Assembly: GCA_951406725.2 (NCBI GenBank)
Contig: OX597814.1
Coordinates: 66,278,001-66,342,000, forward strand
From: Octopus vulgaris
Taxonomy: Eukaryota
DNA: 64,000 nucleotides
Direction: 5' to 3'
Shown here: positions 51,302 through 64,000 of the stretch, piece by piece
Layout of the letters: each line of letters begins with the position of its first letter
How positions within the stretch are numbered: position 1 is the stretch's first letter
The notes under the pieces: generated by a model
Told to the model about the DNA's origin: nothing
Databases searched by the model: none
The model's input: only the letters and a program-made list of their open reading frames with translations
Program-made: the position numbers and the translations under genes

Positions 51302-53230
51302 CCTTCATGAGTTAGCTGACCAATTCCCAAACATCAATGGAGGTCTATATCGTAACGATTGTTTATTCTACCTTCAAAATGTTTTTAACCAAAAACTAGT
51401 ATTAAAAACAGGTTAGTTAAATTTTTCCAAAGCATGGGCCTAAGCATTGTTTTCGACGATAATATAACTAAAGCCAACTTATATAAAGATTCATATTTCC
51501 CTTACTGTAAACCCTCAACTAATTAAAAATATATTAGCTCTTTCAGTAATTATTCATAAATAGATTCACGTTAGCAGCAATAAGAATGAGGACAGTGACA
51601 ACAACAGCAATGATAACAGCAACACTACAAATCAAAATCAAACATTCAGTAATTTTGAGGCTTGAAACATTTCACTTAGACTTCCTAGATTATCTGCTAA
51701 TGTTGATATCTTCAACGATAAAGCTGAATTACTTAAAGCAGGCTATAAAGAAAAATTACCGATATTAACCCCATTGACATTAATTCTACCTCTATTAACC
51801 AGGACATGAAAACAGTAATAACAGTAATAACAATATAAATTTTAGTTCGAATAACAACAATAAATCGAAAACTGTAATTTTGCAGCGTAAGGGAGATAAC
51901 CGTTCTTTAAGACCCTCTTTTCGTTATAAAAGTACATGTAGGACTTTTAAAGATAATTACCCTAATAAGAAGGCATGTCCTAGTAAAACAGTTTGGTTGA
52001 TAATTCCATATGGTATGCAGATTAAATCCAACCTCCCTTACCAGTTTCGTGAAAAATTCAAGATACCATTCTATTATCAATTCACACTGATTCAGAATAG
52101 GGTTTTTAAACACCAAAAACCTTTCACAAATCATCTCTTCGCATAACAATAAGTTGTCTAATACAAAACCACTTAATTAAAATAATAACAGTGATATTAT
52201 TAACGCTAACCATTCTTTGAACAATAATAACAATAATATTAATATTTCTGATATAAATTCCAATCGCATTCGTTTCTTTAGCAGTAATTCTAAGACTAGA
52301 AACTCTGTTTATCAATGTAAAATTACTTCGGATTCTGGCGTCTTTTTTTTTTTTTTTTTTTTTTTTTTTACATAGGTAGTTCTTCATCTCAGTTATCCAA
52401 AAGAATATCAAAACATTACTGTACATTTAGAAATAGCAATAAACGCAACAATGCTAGGCTTAGTATATTAATTTGGTCTCTGAAGGAACATAATCAATTT
52501 GATTTGGAATGGAATATTCTTTCTAGGTCCTTTCCATGTGATAAATGTAAATCTTCTTGCCCGCTCTGTAACGAAGAACACTCTCTCATCCTGTTCTCAG
52601 ATAATTCTCTTGTAAACACATTTAAAGAACGCGTGTATCGTTGCAAACATTAGTAAAAACATACCTTTAGTTCCTATAAGTAATTTCTATAAATCTATAA
52701 AATTCGACCTTTAACTGTCTTCTTACATTTCATTTCCACTAAATATATCTATTTCCACACCTTTAAGCTTTATTCCCTTTCATCTATCGCACTATATTTC
52801 TCCACTCTTAGTTTTCTGCTAATTTCTTTCGTTCTCCTCCTCTTTCTCTAAATTGCATTTGACATTAAATCTATTAACATTTTTTTAAGAGCTTGCCAGC
52901 GTTCCCTTCATCATATACGCAGTAATCACATTCGGTGAAAATGGCTTATTGATGTATTTTGTTTCTCTTTTTGCTCCTGATGAGAAGATCGCATCGTTCT
53001 ACATCCTTTTATTCCCTCTGGAATAATACCAATGTTTTCTCCGAAACATATTTCGGAAGTATAAATATTTGAATAACACCTGAATTTAACTACACACTAT
53101 CTGTTATACAAAAACATTTTACTAAACCCTTGAATTTCTACATTTATAAGTAGGCTGTAACATCCTTGGTACTTATGTGAATTCTTTGCTACCCTGGTAA
53201 CTATTTATTTATTTTTTCGTGTTATTTGTA
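51302..53230 (+). mobile_element. Degenerate Penelope-like element (RT end, GIY-YIG region, terminal non-coding repeat)
   Basis: GGLYRND, NISLRLPRLSANVDIFNDKAE…AGYKEK, EWNILSRSFP…CPLCNEE; eroded hammerhead core at 52977-53059. Confidence 0.7.
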
Positions 53231-53336
53231 CACATTGAAAAAATACACATACATTTACATATATACATATAAACCTATAGATATATATACATCTATACAT
53301 ATACATCTATATATACACATATATATAGACATATAT

Positions 53337-53371
<35 letters not shown>

Positions 53372-53401
53372 CGTATATATATATATATACGTGTATATAT
53401 A

Positions 53402-53833
53402 TCTCTCTATATATAAACGGCAGTTTGTCTGTGTGTGTGTCTGTCAGGTTGTACTCTCACCCTGACCACGGCTTTCAACTGATTCTGATGAAACTTGACA
53501 CACACATAGCCCAATGTCATAATTCAAAACTAACGCAGCGAAAATTTTGAAAAGTTCCCACAGTTCTGAACAAAATCGATAAATTCGACATGGGGTCGAG
53601 AATCTAAGCTTTTTATATGCAACACATTTTCTGTCTAGGGGACACAACTCGACCTTTTTATCGCCCAAAGGGACAGCTAGGAACATCGTATACACAGAAG
53701 TATTCGAGTGAAGAGAAGACATTGCAACCTACACATGCGCCCTCATTCCCTAGAGGGAAAGGACTAGATTGGGATTAGTCGTTGCCTACTAGGGGCTCTT
53801 ACATACCCGGGCAACGCCGGGCTATGCTGCTAG
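53402..53833 (+). mobile_element. Non-autonomous Helitron-like element
   Basis: A|TC…tatatataaacgg 5' end; cccgg-gcaacg-ccggg hairpin + CTAG|T 3' end; in a TA tract. Confidence 0.78.
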
Positions 53834-54829
53834 TATATATATATATATATATACGTGTATATATATATATACGTGTGTATATATATATATATATATAAAT
53901 TAACACAATATATCTGATTAATTATATCTGTTATGATTGAGCGGTGGTGGTGGTGGTGGTGGGCGATGATAATTTACACCGTTCTAAAAGACCTGTGGCG
54001 GGAATATTTAAACTTTTGCGGCTGTCAACGCTTTCTCTCTATAGATACAGACAGACGTACAGTGAGAGAGGTGGTGAGAGAAAGAGTGACAGAGAGACGG
54101 CGAAGGCGGAGAGGGAATGAGAGTGGAAGTTGTCAAACGTCGTTGTGGAGGGAAGGAAGGAAAGAGAGAGATCGAGGAAGACAGGTGATATCTGAATGGG
54201 TGAAACGACAAACACTTGTCAAATTCTGGATTTTGTTGCCCTAGTAACCACAGGTTTTGAGATAGGGGTTTCTAGCCTAGTCCAGTCGCTTCCTCACCTC
54301 TTTTTACATGTCCCTGTAAATTTTGGCGCCATCTGACCCCATTTTAAACCGTTCCCATCCCAAAATGAGACAAACAACCAAGAAATCAAACAACTTTTTC
54401 GCATTTCAGCTTTATAGATATTGATTGATCCAGCGGTTTGGCTGTGTAGAACAATAGGCCGTATGGCTAGGGGAAAATTGTAGATTCGATTCGAATCTGA
54501 GGTAGGACCAATATCCAAGTAGAACTAGTCACATTTGATTTAAATATGAAAGATTGAGTGTACTCCAGCTAATTTTATCAAGTTCATTCCACGAACAATT
54601 ATTTGAATAACTCGTGTTGATATCTCTAACTTACGTCACAGGAATATTGAACTTTGAAATTTATAAAGTTTATCGTATAAACTGAAAGATATCCTACAGT
54701 GTATAGGCAAGTGTCCGTATGAACGAATACCTTTCATTATTTAGAAACCATATTGTTTCTTTTTCTTTAAATCTCTTGTTTCATTATCACAATTAAAAAG
54801 CGAAAAAGCAAAACCGACGTATTTTCCAT

Positions 54830-54882
54830 ACAGCCAAATTTGGTACAGGTTGATCCAGTGGTTTGGCCGTGCATAGAGGAAA

Positions 54883-54923
<41 letters not shown>

Positions 54924-55170
54924 TAAGAATAAATGTGAAACTATAGCGTTATGAAAAGTGAAATTATACCGCCGAAAAAATAATCGGAAGGGTCGTACAG
55001 TGAGGCGGCTACAGCCCCCTAAATGAGCAAGGGCCAAAATTTGACCACCCCCGAAAACCTTCCCGTGTAATGAAAAACCTTCATGCCAAATTTGGTACAA
55101 ATTGATCCAGTGGCTTGGCCGTACATAGAGGAACCACACACATACACATCGAGGATTTTATATAGAGAGA
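54830..55170 (-). mobile_element. Helitron-like 5' fragment with ~55-bp internal direct repeat
   Basis: gccaaatttggtac…tgatccagtgg…catagagg occurs twice; minus strand starts tctctctatataaaatc. Confidence 0.45.
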
Positions 55171-55415
55171 TTATACAGTTAATCTGAAAGAAGATAAAGT
55201 TGACATACTGTAACAACATTGAGTTTACATGCAGTTTACATACCCCTACGCAAGTAAATACAGTGGTTTCCTTTTATTATATATGTTAGTTGTCTGATTT
55301 GGGGTTGTGGTTTCCAGCAATTATACTGTACCTTTTGCGTCCCATCTTCTAATAAAAAAAGGTTACGAACTAGGTAAGTGATATTAATAAATATAAAAAC
55401 ACACTTTAAAAGATA

Positions 55416-55497
55416 CGCTGTGGGCAGGATTCGAACCTGCGCGGGGATTGCCCATTGGATTTCAAGTCCAACGCCTTAACCACTCGGCCACCACAGC
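55416..55497 (-). tRNA. tRNA-Ser (anticodon UGA)
   Basis: GCTGTGGTGGCCGAGTGGTTAAGGCGTTGGACTTGAAATCCAATGGGCAATCCCCGCGCAGGTTCGAATCCTGCCCACAGCG; 82 nt; long variable arm; G73; TTTT downstream. Confidence 0.96.
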
Positions 55498-55937
55498 GGC
55501 TGTGAATAGGTACTGCTATATTTATATATATATATGTATTTTTTTTTAATAAGTAATTATCAATAACACCGGTAAGATCTATTCCGTAAGCATATGACCG
55601 CAAATGATCGGCCTTAATGATATTCACTTAGTTATAGATATCGCCTGCTTATCGCAGTTTCTGTAGTGACCGGGAGGTGGAGACAATGAATTTGAAATCA
55701 AATGGGCGGTGTCCCCGTGCGTTGTCATTATTGAAAGTTTTTAGATGAACAGCTCACTGTACTTATCTTTAAAATCTGGTATTTATTTTATCGGTCTCTT
55801 TTTTCGAACGTCTAAGCTACGGGGACGTAAACAAGCCAATACTGGTTGCACTTACACGCGCACGCACACACGCACACATACATACATACATACATACATA
55901 CATACATACATACATACATACACATATATAAATATAT

Positions 55938-56275
55938 GGGTTCAGTCCCACTGTGTGGCACCTAGGGCAAGTGTCTTTTGCTATAGCCTAGGGCCGACCA
56001 AAGCCTTGTGAGTGGACTTAATAGACGGAAAGTGAAAGAATCCTGTCGTGTATATATATGTGTGCGTGTGTATGTGTGTGTTTGTCCACCCCACCCCCGC
56101 CATCGCTTGGCAACCGATGTTAGTGTGTTTATGTCCCTGAAACTTAGCGGTTTGGCAAAAGAGGCCGATAGAATAAGTACTAGGCTTACAAAAATAAGTC
56201 CTGTAGTCGATTTGTTCGACTAAAAGTGGTGCTCCAGTATGGCAGCAGTCAAATAACTGAAAGAAGTAAAAGAAT
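55938..56275 (+). mobile_element. SINE family B, 5'-truncated
   Basis: gggttcagtcccactgtgtggcacctagggcaagtgtc… matches 61825-62541. Confidence 0.8.
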
Positions 56276-56390
56276 AACAAAACTATATATATGCAAGATT
56301 CGCTACATATATATATATATGTGTGTGTGCGTGTATGTATGTGTGTGTGTGTAGCGAATCTTGCATGCATGAAGTGGATTAAATTAACAC

Positions 56391-56983
56391 TGCTACAGAA
56401 CTTTTCCCACGATGGAACAATGGTTTTTCTCTGACAGCAGTTTTACATTTTCCAGATGCCTTTAGCTAGGCCGAAATATTGTCTTCACCACTTGACCCTT
56501 TCTAATCTCTTCTACTTCACCAAAAGCTAGAATAGATAACAAGACCACCGACTAAATCTATTGTTCTCAATGATATATCTATCCTTCTGGATCTTTATAT
56601 AAGCAAGCATACCCCAAGCAAAAATCAGTTAGTCACCTTGGTAACAAACTCGCGAGTTGAGAGAGAGCTAACATCAGTTAGTGAATCGACCACTAGAATC
56701 ATGGAAGCAGGCAGACAAAACAGCCAGAGGGAAAAAGAAAGACAACGTCCCACACTCTCTCACTAGCTCTAATTCTGTTCTCTTACAACATCATTCCATC
56801 TGTCTCAGCAACTACTACTCAACAATGAAGAGAACCCAAACTCAAATTTTACTTCGCATGCTTTTGGATGTATCACAACTTGCCCGTCGAGGCAAGGTAT
56901 TTCAAACGTAACGGTAAATAAATACTTTATTAAAACTTCATGCATTGTCTATCTTTCACATCTGACAACATCCAATTATAACA
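56391..56983 (+). mobile_element. Probable solo LTR (593 bp)
   Basis: TG(c)TA…TAACA termini; 4-bp TSD acac; internal TATA-like tttatataag and AATAAA. Confidence 0.55.
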
Positions 56984-57559
56984 ACACATTTCTATCGTCA
57001 CACCAGGTGCCTCCAACATATCACAATATTGTTTACACATCAATTTTAACCGTTACATATATGACAACCGTTACATATATGATCTGTCTTGGGATGCAGT
57101 GAAGTATGTCTGTGTTGTAGCATTTCAGCTTTGTAAAAGGTTAATAGTTATTGGAGATGAACCTATTGCAGTGTTAGTAACTAATTACTGTGTAAGTGGC
57201 TGAATATTCCATGTGTAGTCATAGAAATGTAATCGGGAGATATAACGTACTTTGAGATTCTAAACCTGCTTGAGTTCATCATTCTCCAAATTTGACCTCA
57301 CCTGACAGTTTATTTTTTTGTCTTTTGTTTTTTCAGAGAAAAAGAAGAACCTTCTACAAAATTTGCCCTATTTTTTTAATAAACCCAACGAGATAACAGG
57401 CAAAGATACCTCGGTGGGATTTGAGCTCTGAGCGCAGAGAAATGGATACCTCAAAGTATCCTACCTGACAGTCTAAGTATTTTGCCAGCATGCCACCTTA
57501 ATTATAGTTGTTAACCTATTCTTCAGTCAAAATATGTGTGACAGTAGCAGCCATTTTAA

Positions 57560-57961
57560 GGCGGCGAGCTGGCAGAAATGTTAGCACGCCGGTCGAGATG
57601 CTTAGTGGTATTTCGTCTGTCTTTATGTTCTGAGTTCAAATTCCGCCGAGGTTGACTTTGCCTTTTATCCTTTCAGGGTTGATAAATTAAGTGCCAGTTA
57701 CGCACTGGGGTCGATATAATCGACTTAATCCGTTTGTCTGTCCTTGTTTGTCCTCTCTGTGTTTAGCCCCTTGTGGGTAGTAAAGAAATAGGTATTTCGT
57801 CTCTCTTTACGTCCTGGGTTCAAATTCCGCCGAGGTCGACTTTGCCTTTCATCCTTTCAGGGTCTATAAATTAAGTGCCAGTTGTGTACTGGGGTCGATC
57901 TAATCGACTAGCCCCCTCCCCCAAAATTTCGGACTTTATGTCTAGAGTAGAAAAGAATATT
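57560..57961 (+). mobile_element. Dimeric SINE A (Tx1-tailed unit followed by a second unit with a different tail), 11-bp TSD
   Basis: TSD agccattttaa at 57549-57559 and 57962-57972; ggtatttcgtct repeated at 57607 and 57791. Confidence 0.88.
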
Positions 57962-58714
57962 AGCCATTTTAATTATTGGTCTATCCCATTCAGTGGCGGC
58001 TCGTAGATAAAATTAGTGGGGGTGCTGCTTCAGAAAATTTTCAGCTGCTGTTTTAATATTGTGTAAAACAAACATATAAAAAGGAAATTTATGCATAAAC
58101 TTGATCGGTTCGCGTTTTAGCCACTGCCGGGTAGTGTGTTTAATTTGTTCACTGAACACTTCCGCGAATTACCCCTTGGTTTTCAAAAATCCCCACTAAA
58201 TCATAAAATGGAGGTGGGGGGGTAAATCTACCCTATTTTTCAAATGCTGGCAGCATCACTGTAGCTGGAAGCAGGATAATAATATAATTCTACACTTTAT
58301 CACATTCAAGAATATAAACAAGTTTTTTAAGCACAACACACATGGAGTCAAAAAGAAACACTACCTTTCACCAGCACACCAGGGTCGGCACTGCGTGAAC
58401 AACAGTACTCTCTCTCCCTAGCGTGCGGCTTCCGATCTCGGACATGTGAGCATGCACACAACAGCCAAACACCGCCTCGCTGGAACTGTGAAGCGCACAG
58501 TTCTATACAAGGACTATTGTATCTTTTTCATAAACTAGGGGATGGTTACTGACATTAAGCTTAAGGATTATACAATGTACAAGTATAAAGAAAGAAATAA
58601 AGAAAAAGGGACTCATTATATTGAACCTTATCAATAATATCGTGTGGAAATAGTCGGTACTGCAGTTCCGCAGTGCCTATACACACGGATTGTGTATAGG
58701 CACGGTGGTCCATA

Positions 58715-58986
58715 AGACTCTTAGAGGTCCATATGACCCTTAAGGATCCATATGACTATTAGGGGTTCGTGTAAGATTTTGTTGGTAAAACTTATGTGCA
58801 ACAAATTGGTTATACTTGTACAATACACAAAGTATTTTAACAATTTTTTTTATTTTGCAATTCCAAATAATATCTAATTATAAAAATATAACAGGAGTTT
58901 TTAAAAACCCGAATGGCTATGAGTGTCCAGTGGAGTAAACAAGGAATTAAAGGAGTCCATAAGTAAAAAATGGTTGGGAACTACTG
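58715..58986 (-). mobile_element. hAT-type MITE, same family as 20670-20926
   Basis: Reverse-complement similarity; right TIR gttgggaactactg. Confidence 0.7.
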
Positions 58987-59115
58987 GTCTGTCTTCAAAT
59001 TCAGTTACGAGGCTATAGACGAAAACAGTTTATTAAATTACTGCACAATAGGATTGAACTTGAAACTTCGTGATTTAGAAGCGGATGTATCAACCTCTTT
59101 GCCATGCTCCGATAT

Positions 59116-59188
<73 letters not shown>

Positions 59189-59290
59189 ATAGACATACGC
59201 GCGCGTCTCACACACGCACGTGATAAAGTCTGACTTGTGCAACAGATACTAACTACTTTACTATAGTAAAACACATTTTTCAGCCACTGA

Positions 59291-59372
59291 GCTGTGGTGG
59301 CCGAGTGGTTAAGGCGTTGGACTCGAAATCCAATGGGTTATTCCCGCACAGGTTCGAATCCTGTCTGCAGCG
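59291..59372 (+). tRNA. tRNA-Ser (anticodon CGA)
   Basis: GCTGTGGTGGCCGAGTGGTTAAGGCGTTGGACTCGAAATCCAATGGGTTATTCCCGCACAGGTTCGAATCCTGTCTGCAGCG; 82 nt; T6 terminator just downstream. Confidence 0.95.
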
Positions 59373-61008
59373 TAATATCTTTTTTATTTTCTATAATTAA
59401 ATTCTAGTATAGTAACTAACAAAATAAAGCACCGCCTTTGTAAGATTATTCAGATTGAGAGGCTTTACGAAATAACATTTGTGTTTGGTCAAGTAAAACA
59501 ATTATTTCCTCGTAAAAATGCGCACCGATGGGCTATTCACACGAGTTCAGTTTCTGTCAACGGTGTGATTAATTTACTTCGCAGTCATTTGATTTTATAG
59601 TATCATTTACTTTGAAATGTAATTTTCATGCCTCCGAATATATTTCAATGGGACCTTCGTATATGTGACTTTGATGCCCCTCCCCCACCCCCAGCTGTTT
59701 CACATAAGTTGATTAATATGTTCTTCGCGTGAATGTAGGTTTGGTTCAAAATGTCGCCCAATTTAAAACCACCTGTCACCTTGGTAACTTTAGCGGAGTG
59801 CACGCTATTGTAAGCATTCGGGATCTGGTTTTCGTTTTGAGGATACTTTCTCCTCACGGTCGGAGTCTCCTTTCCCTTCTGATGTAAACATAAAATAAAA
59901 ATTACTTTGGAAAGATTTGCTGCCAAAACGATACTAGATTCATTATGTTTAGGTGATATTTTTGCTATTTAAATCAGTGAAACTTGACCTGACTTTTTGG
60001 GGAGGGCGGTGGACTAAGATGTACTGGACTTCAGTGCATACACGAACTGGCTATCGCGAATCGTTTCGAGTGAAATTAAGTACTGCGAAAGGACATTATA
60101 CCAGCTGAGATATGGAGTGATACTGAGTGATTATGCAAGGAGTAAAATACCATGTTCTAATTAGCTCTATGTTTAAAGTACCAGGCTTGTTCTCTACCAT
60201 CTTGGTAGATTTTTGTGAGATGGGTACAGGCGGAGCTGTTTTTTCTTTGTTTTTTTTTTTTCTAGATGTAAACTAGAGGAATGTCATTAATTATTTCAGG
60301 CGCAAACTGTGCTGAATTTTGAGTTAAATAATTTGTCTTCCCTTGGCTGTGGGGTATGATTTGAGAAAGTTTAGTTGCTATTTCTAACTGGTTAGATAAC
60401 CACATAGAAGCCATTTCGAGTAGTCCCTGTGTTTTTCAATGTTGAGCATGAAAGACTTAGAACATGCGACGCCCATTTAAAAAAAAAGTGGGGACATTAG
60501 CAATATGTATTCCGAGTCAAACCTGATCGTGCCAAAACTACCAAAGACAAATAATATCACTCTATTCTTTCGAGATTAAATTTATCCATCCCTTTTAAAA
60601 GTGGTATGGAACTTTGGCGGCAATTTCTTCTTGCACTTCGAGGGGACTCGAGGGGACTAATTTATTATGTTCATTGTTATTTAGTGATGTGTAATTGATG
60701 TCGCTGAAATAGAAATGGACTCTTTATTTGATTCGATCGAACTTGACAAATTATGCTATGTTGAATACAAATATTTTTAACATCAATAAATAATATATTC
60801 AATAGTATGATGAAGATTTCCTTATGATACGTCCGTATTTGTAATCCGTACACGCGGGGGAAACAAGCGATGTTTTTTCTCAAAATATCTATCTTTCCAT
60901 GCATTAAATATTTGCTTATTCTGCTTTATCATTCCTCGCTCTCCTCTTTCTCTTTCTTTCTTTCTTTTTCACACTCTGTCTCTTTCTTTTATCTCTCTCT
61001 TGCTCTCT

Positions 61009-61043
<35 letters not shown>

Positions 61044-61824
61044 TTGCTCTGTAACTGATAACTGTACTAGCTCCTCTTTCTATTCTTACTTGTGTCCATT
61101 AAAAACCCTAATCAGCTTTCTCCCCACTTGTAATACATACATCGTGCTATACTTTCCACTCCGAGTTTCCTTCACTTCGTCCACTCAACTTCAAAAATTC
61201 AACTCAATCCTAAACTTCATCTTTTATTGTTTTCCAACTCACTCGAGAAGTGCTTGAAAAGACTTTTAATACTAACCAGCCTCAATCTCTTGGATTTAAG
61301 GAATGAGAATTAACTCTATCTTTTTAAAGCTCTGACTTGAACAAAATGTAGTACCGTTGAGAAAAATACGAACTCTCAATATTTCAGCTGAGACGACAGA
61401 TTAACTTGCAAGTAATTTCTATTCCTTGACTGATTATTATAATCAAAGTGTGTTCGAAAAGATCATGCTGGGCTAACGATGGTCAGGTAATATTTGACAC
61501 GAAATTACACAGACTGAAATGAAGTAAAAGCGTATGAAATATCGGATTCGCATCTGTCGTACATTAAATGGGAAAATATTTACTGAACCAGAAATCCGAG
61601 AATTAGATCAATAATAATTCAGTAATTAATTTGCTCTGTACATGAAGGTACAAACAGGGAAGGACAGAAGCAGCTGCCTTCTCAAATTCCGGCAAAATAG
61701 CAATGTGATTTGATCAAAGCAAGAAGAAAGAAATAGAACAATACCGACGTAAATGAATTAATGATGACAAATTACAGGCTAATTATAAGCAACAGATGTT
61801 TTTCGTAAAAAAAAGTTTATCTTC

Positions 61825-62320
61825 TATCTTTTACTTGTTGCAGTCATTTAACTGTGGCCATGTTGGGGCATCACCTTGAAGGGTTTTAGTCGAACAAATG
61901 GACCCCAGAACTTATTTTTTGAAGCCACGTATTTATTCTATCGGTCGTTTTTGCCTAGTCGCTAAGTTACGGGGACGTAAACACCAGCACTGGTTATAAA
62001 GTGGTAGTGGGGAAAACAAATACAGACACAAAAATCGCACACTTATACGAGGGCGTGCTGAAAAGTTCCAGGCTTTAAAGGTATTGCGAAAGGCCTACCC
62101 GGCAACCCAACCTTCTAAGTTCTTTTACAGGGCTTAGAAAAACTGAAGGACCGCTGCAATAATAGTGTGAATCTGAGCAGGGAATATGTTGAATAAAATC
62201 CTAGTTAACTGATCCTCCTGTATTTTCTTTTACCCTAAACCAGGAACTTTTCAGCACACCTCGTACACGCATGCGCGCACACACACACACACGCACGCAC
62301 ACGCACACACACACATACAT

Positions 62321-62353
<33 letters not shown>

Positions 62354-62541
62354 TGCATACATACATACATACTTATGCAACGAGCTGCTTACAGTTTCCG
62401 TTTACAAAATCGATTTACAAGGCTTTGGTTGGCTCGAGGCTATAGCATAAAACACTTGCCCAAGGTTTCACACTGTGGGACTGAGCCCGAGACGATGTGG
62501 TTTGGAAGCAAGCTTCTTACCACATTGCCACGCCTGCGCCT
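61825..62541 (-). mobile_element. Full-length SINE family B (tRNA head, CORE-like, internal microsatellite)
   Basis: Minus strand aggcgcaggcgtggcaatgtggtaag…gggctcagtcccacagtgtgaaaccttgggcaagtg…. Confidence 0.82.
62048..62263. mobile_element. Mariner-type MITE (216 bp) nested in SINE B
   Basis: TA|cgagggcgtgctgaaaagttcc…ggaacttttcagcacacctcg|TA. Confidence 0.9.
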
Positions 62542-64000
62542 ATGTTTCTTAATTTTGTCCTCATTAGATTTCCTTATTTTTTTCACCCCTAGAGCAGAAA
62601 ATGTATTCCCTTAACCCCAGTTAACTTCCTTGTTGCACTTTATTCGTTTCCGCTCTAATTTTTCGGCATTTAGTTATTGATATAACATCACACGACTTCT
62701 AGCGATGGAAAAGTGATTACATTCACTCTGAAATACATTTAATCTACAGTGGCATCGACCAGTGTTATTTGGAGCACTCTTTCAGAGCATGCTCTGTTCT
62801 TGTTGGACACTAAATCTAAACTGAGTACATTAAATCATGTAAAAATAAAGAAGAAAGAAGTACGCACACGGTCTCATCGTCCATGTATCAAATGTGCAAA
62901 ACGTTAGATGACAGAGAGACTGATTGCAAAGAAACATATAAGGACTGTTAATGCCGGTCAGATTGTGACTTTTACATCAATACCGAAAAATTGTGGCAGG
63001 CGGAGTTCTTTTTGTTTTGTCATCTTTGTTTTTTTAATACTCACCGTCACCTATTTCAGATGAACAATTAAAGAGTGATAATGGAGAAAGCAATATATCT
63101 ATGATCCATACAACTTCCAAAAACTATCATCGTGAACAGTTTTGTTGACAGTGGACAATTAGACTATCTCAAAAACAAAAACATCGAGTCTCTACAGAGC
63201 CTGGTCTCCTCTGAATCTGAAAATACTTCAAGTGATGAAAATAACGATAATGTGAATATTAATTAACTTCCACTGGCTTGTATGTACGAAGACGTAAAAG
63301 ACGTGATAGCACATTTATCTCACATCTCATAGACATTATTGATTTGATATGTGGTCAAGATCCACGAATGACTGCATAATTGAATGCTACATGCGATTTT
63401 GGTGTCAAATTCAAGCGGCCTTGGCAGATACTTCTAGAGAGAAACTGCTGGTATAACGGGGAGAAGGACAGTTACACGTCTCTATTAAGTGGCGAAATGA
63501 AGAAAATATTAAAGACGTTGTGAAAGATGCATGAAAAGTTACATGAAAATATCCAAGTCACATGATATTTTTTTCATTTATGGAAGTTAGAGTTACATGA
63601 ACAGCAAAATGGTGCCTTGTTGATTACAAGTTTTACTGAGTAAGCAACGGAAGTGCTGCTGGATCAAACTGCCTAAGACTACCATCGCATATCTATATGG
63701 TTAATGGTTAGTGGAAACAGAATCACTCTTTCATTACCAAGACAACATTATTTCCTTTGTTATATTATAATAAACACTGATGCTTAGATGATTTAGTACT
63801 AAAAACTTGTTGTACCACATTATTATGTTACTATGGATCTTTCAAAGATAAAAAATAAAGTTTGTCACGAACCATACACCTTTAAAGTTCACGTGCAAAT
63901 GAAGCAAATTTTGTTGCAATTGATTACAAGAATGATCTTCAACAAATTCGCTGATATCTTGACAGTTTTTCTTGTTATGTCATGTTTTATAAAGTACTTC

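Noticed and set aside
59645-59926. Possible minus-strand exon
   Set aside because: No recognisable domain and no partner exons found
62650-64000. Possible decayed DNA-transposon coding sequence (also ~7030-8080)
   Set aside because: No diagnostic motif, TIR or TSD could be identified by eye

Overview
AT-rich, microsatellite-dense animal DNA. The SINE repertoire suggests an octopod cephalopod (inference). One spliced host gene can be rebuilt by hand on the + strand: 9 phase-consistent GT-AG exons at 31244-48030, 645 codons, first exon not securely found. It encodes a SOHLH2-like bHLH factor whose N-terminal part looks like a degenerate CheY-like (pseudo-)receiver domain. Two tRNA-Ser genes (UGA, CGA) are present. 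The rest is mostly mobile DNA: five Tx1/L1-clade insertions, an R4/Dong-like LINE in (TAA)n, two dead mariners, hAT/mariner MITEs, Helitron-like elements, Penelope-like remnants with hammerhead motifs, a solo LTR and several tRNA-derived SINE families. The most striking pattern is a three-tier Tx1 system. Autonomous-type LINEs, an ORF1-only (HAL1-like) element and a SINE share a poly(A)-less 3' end. Four of the five Tx1-type insertions lie inside or directly abut copies of that SINE family, in the same orientation.
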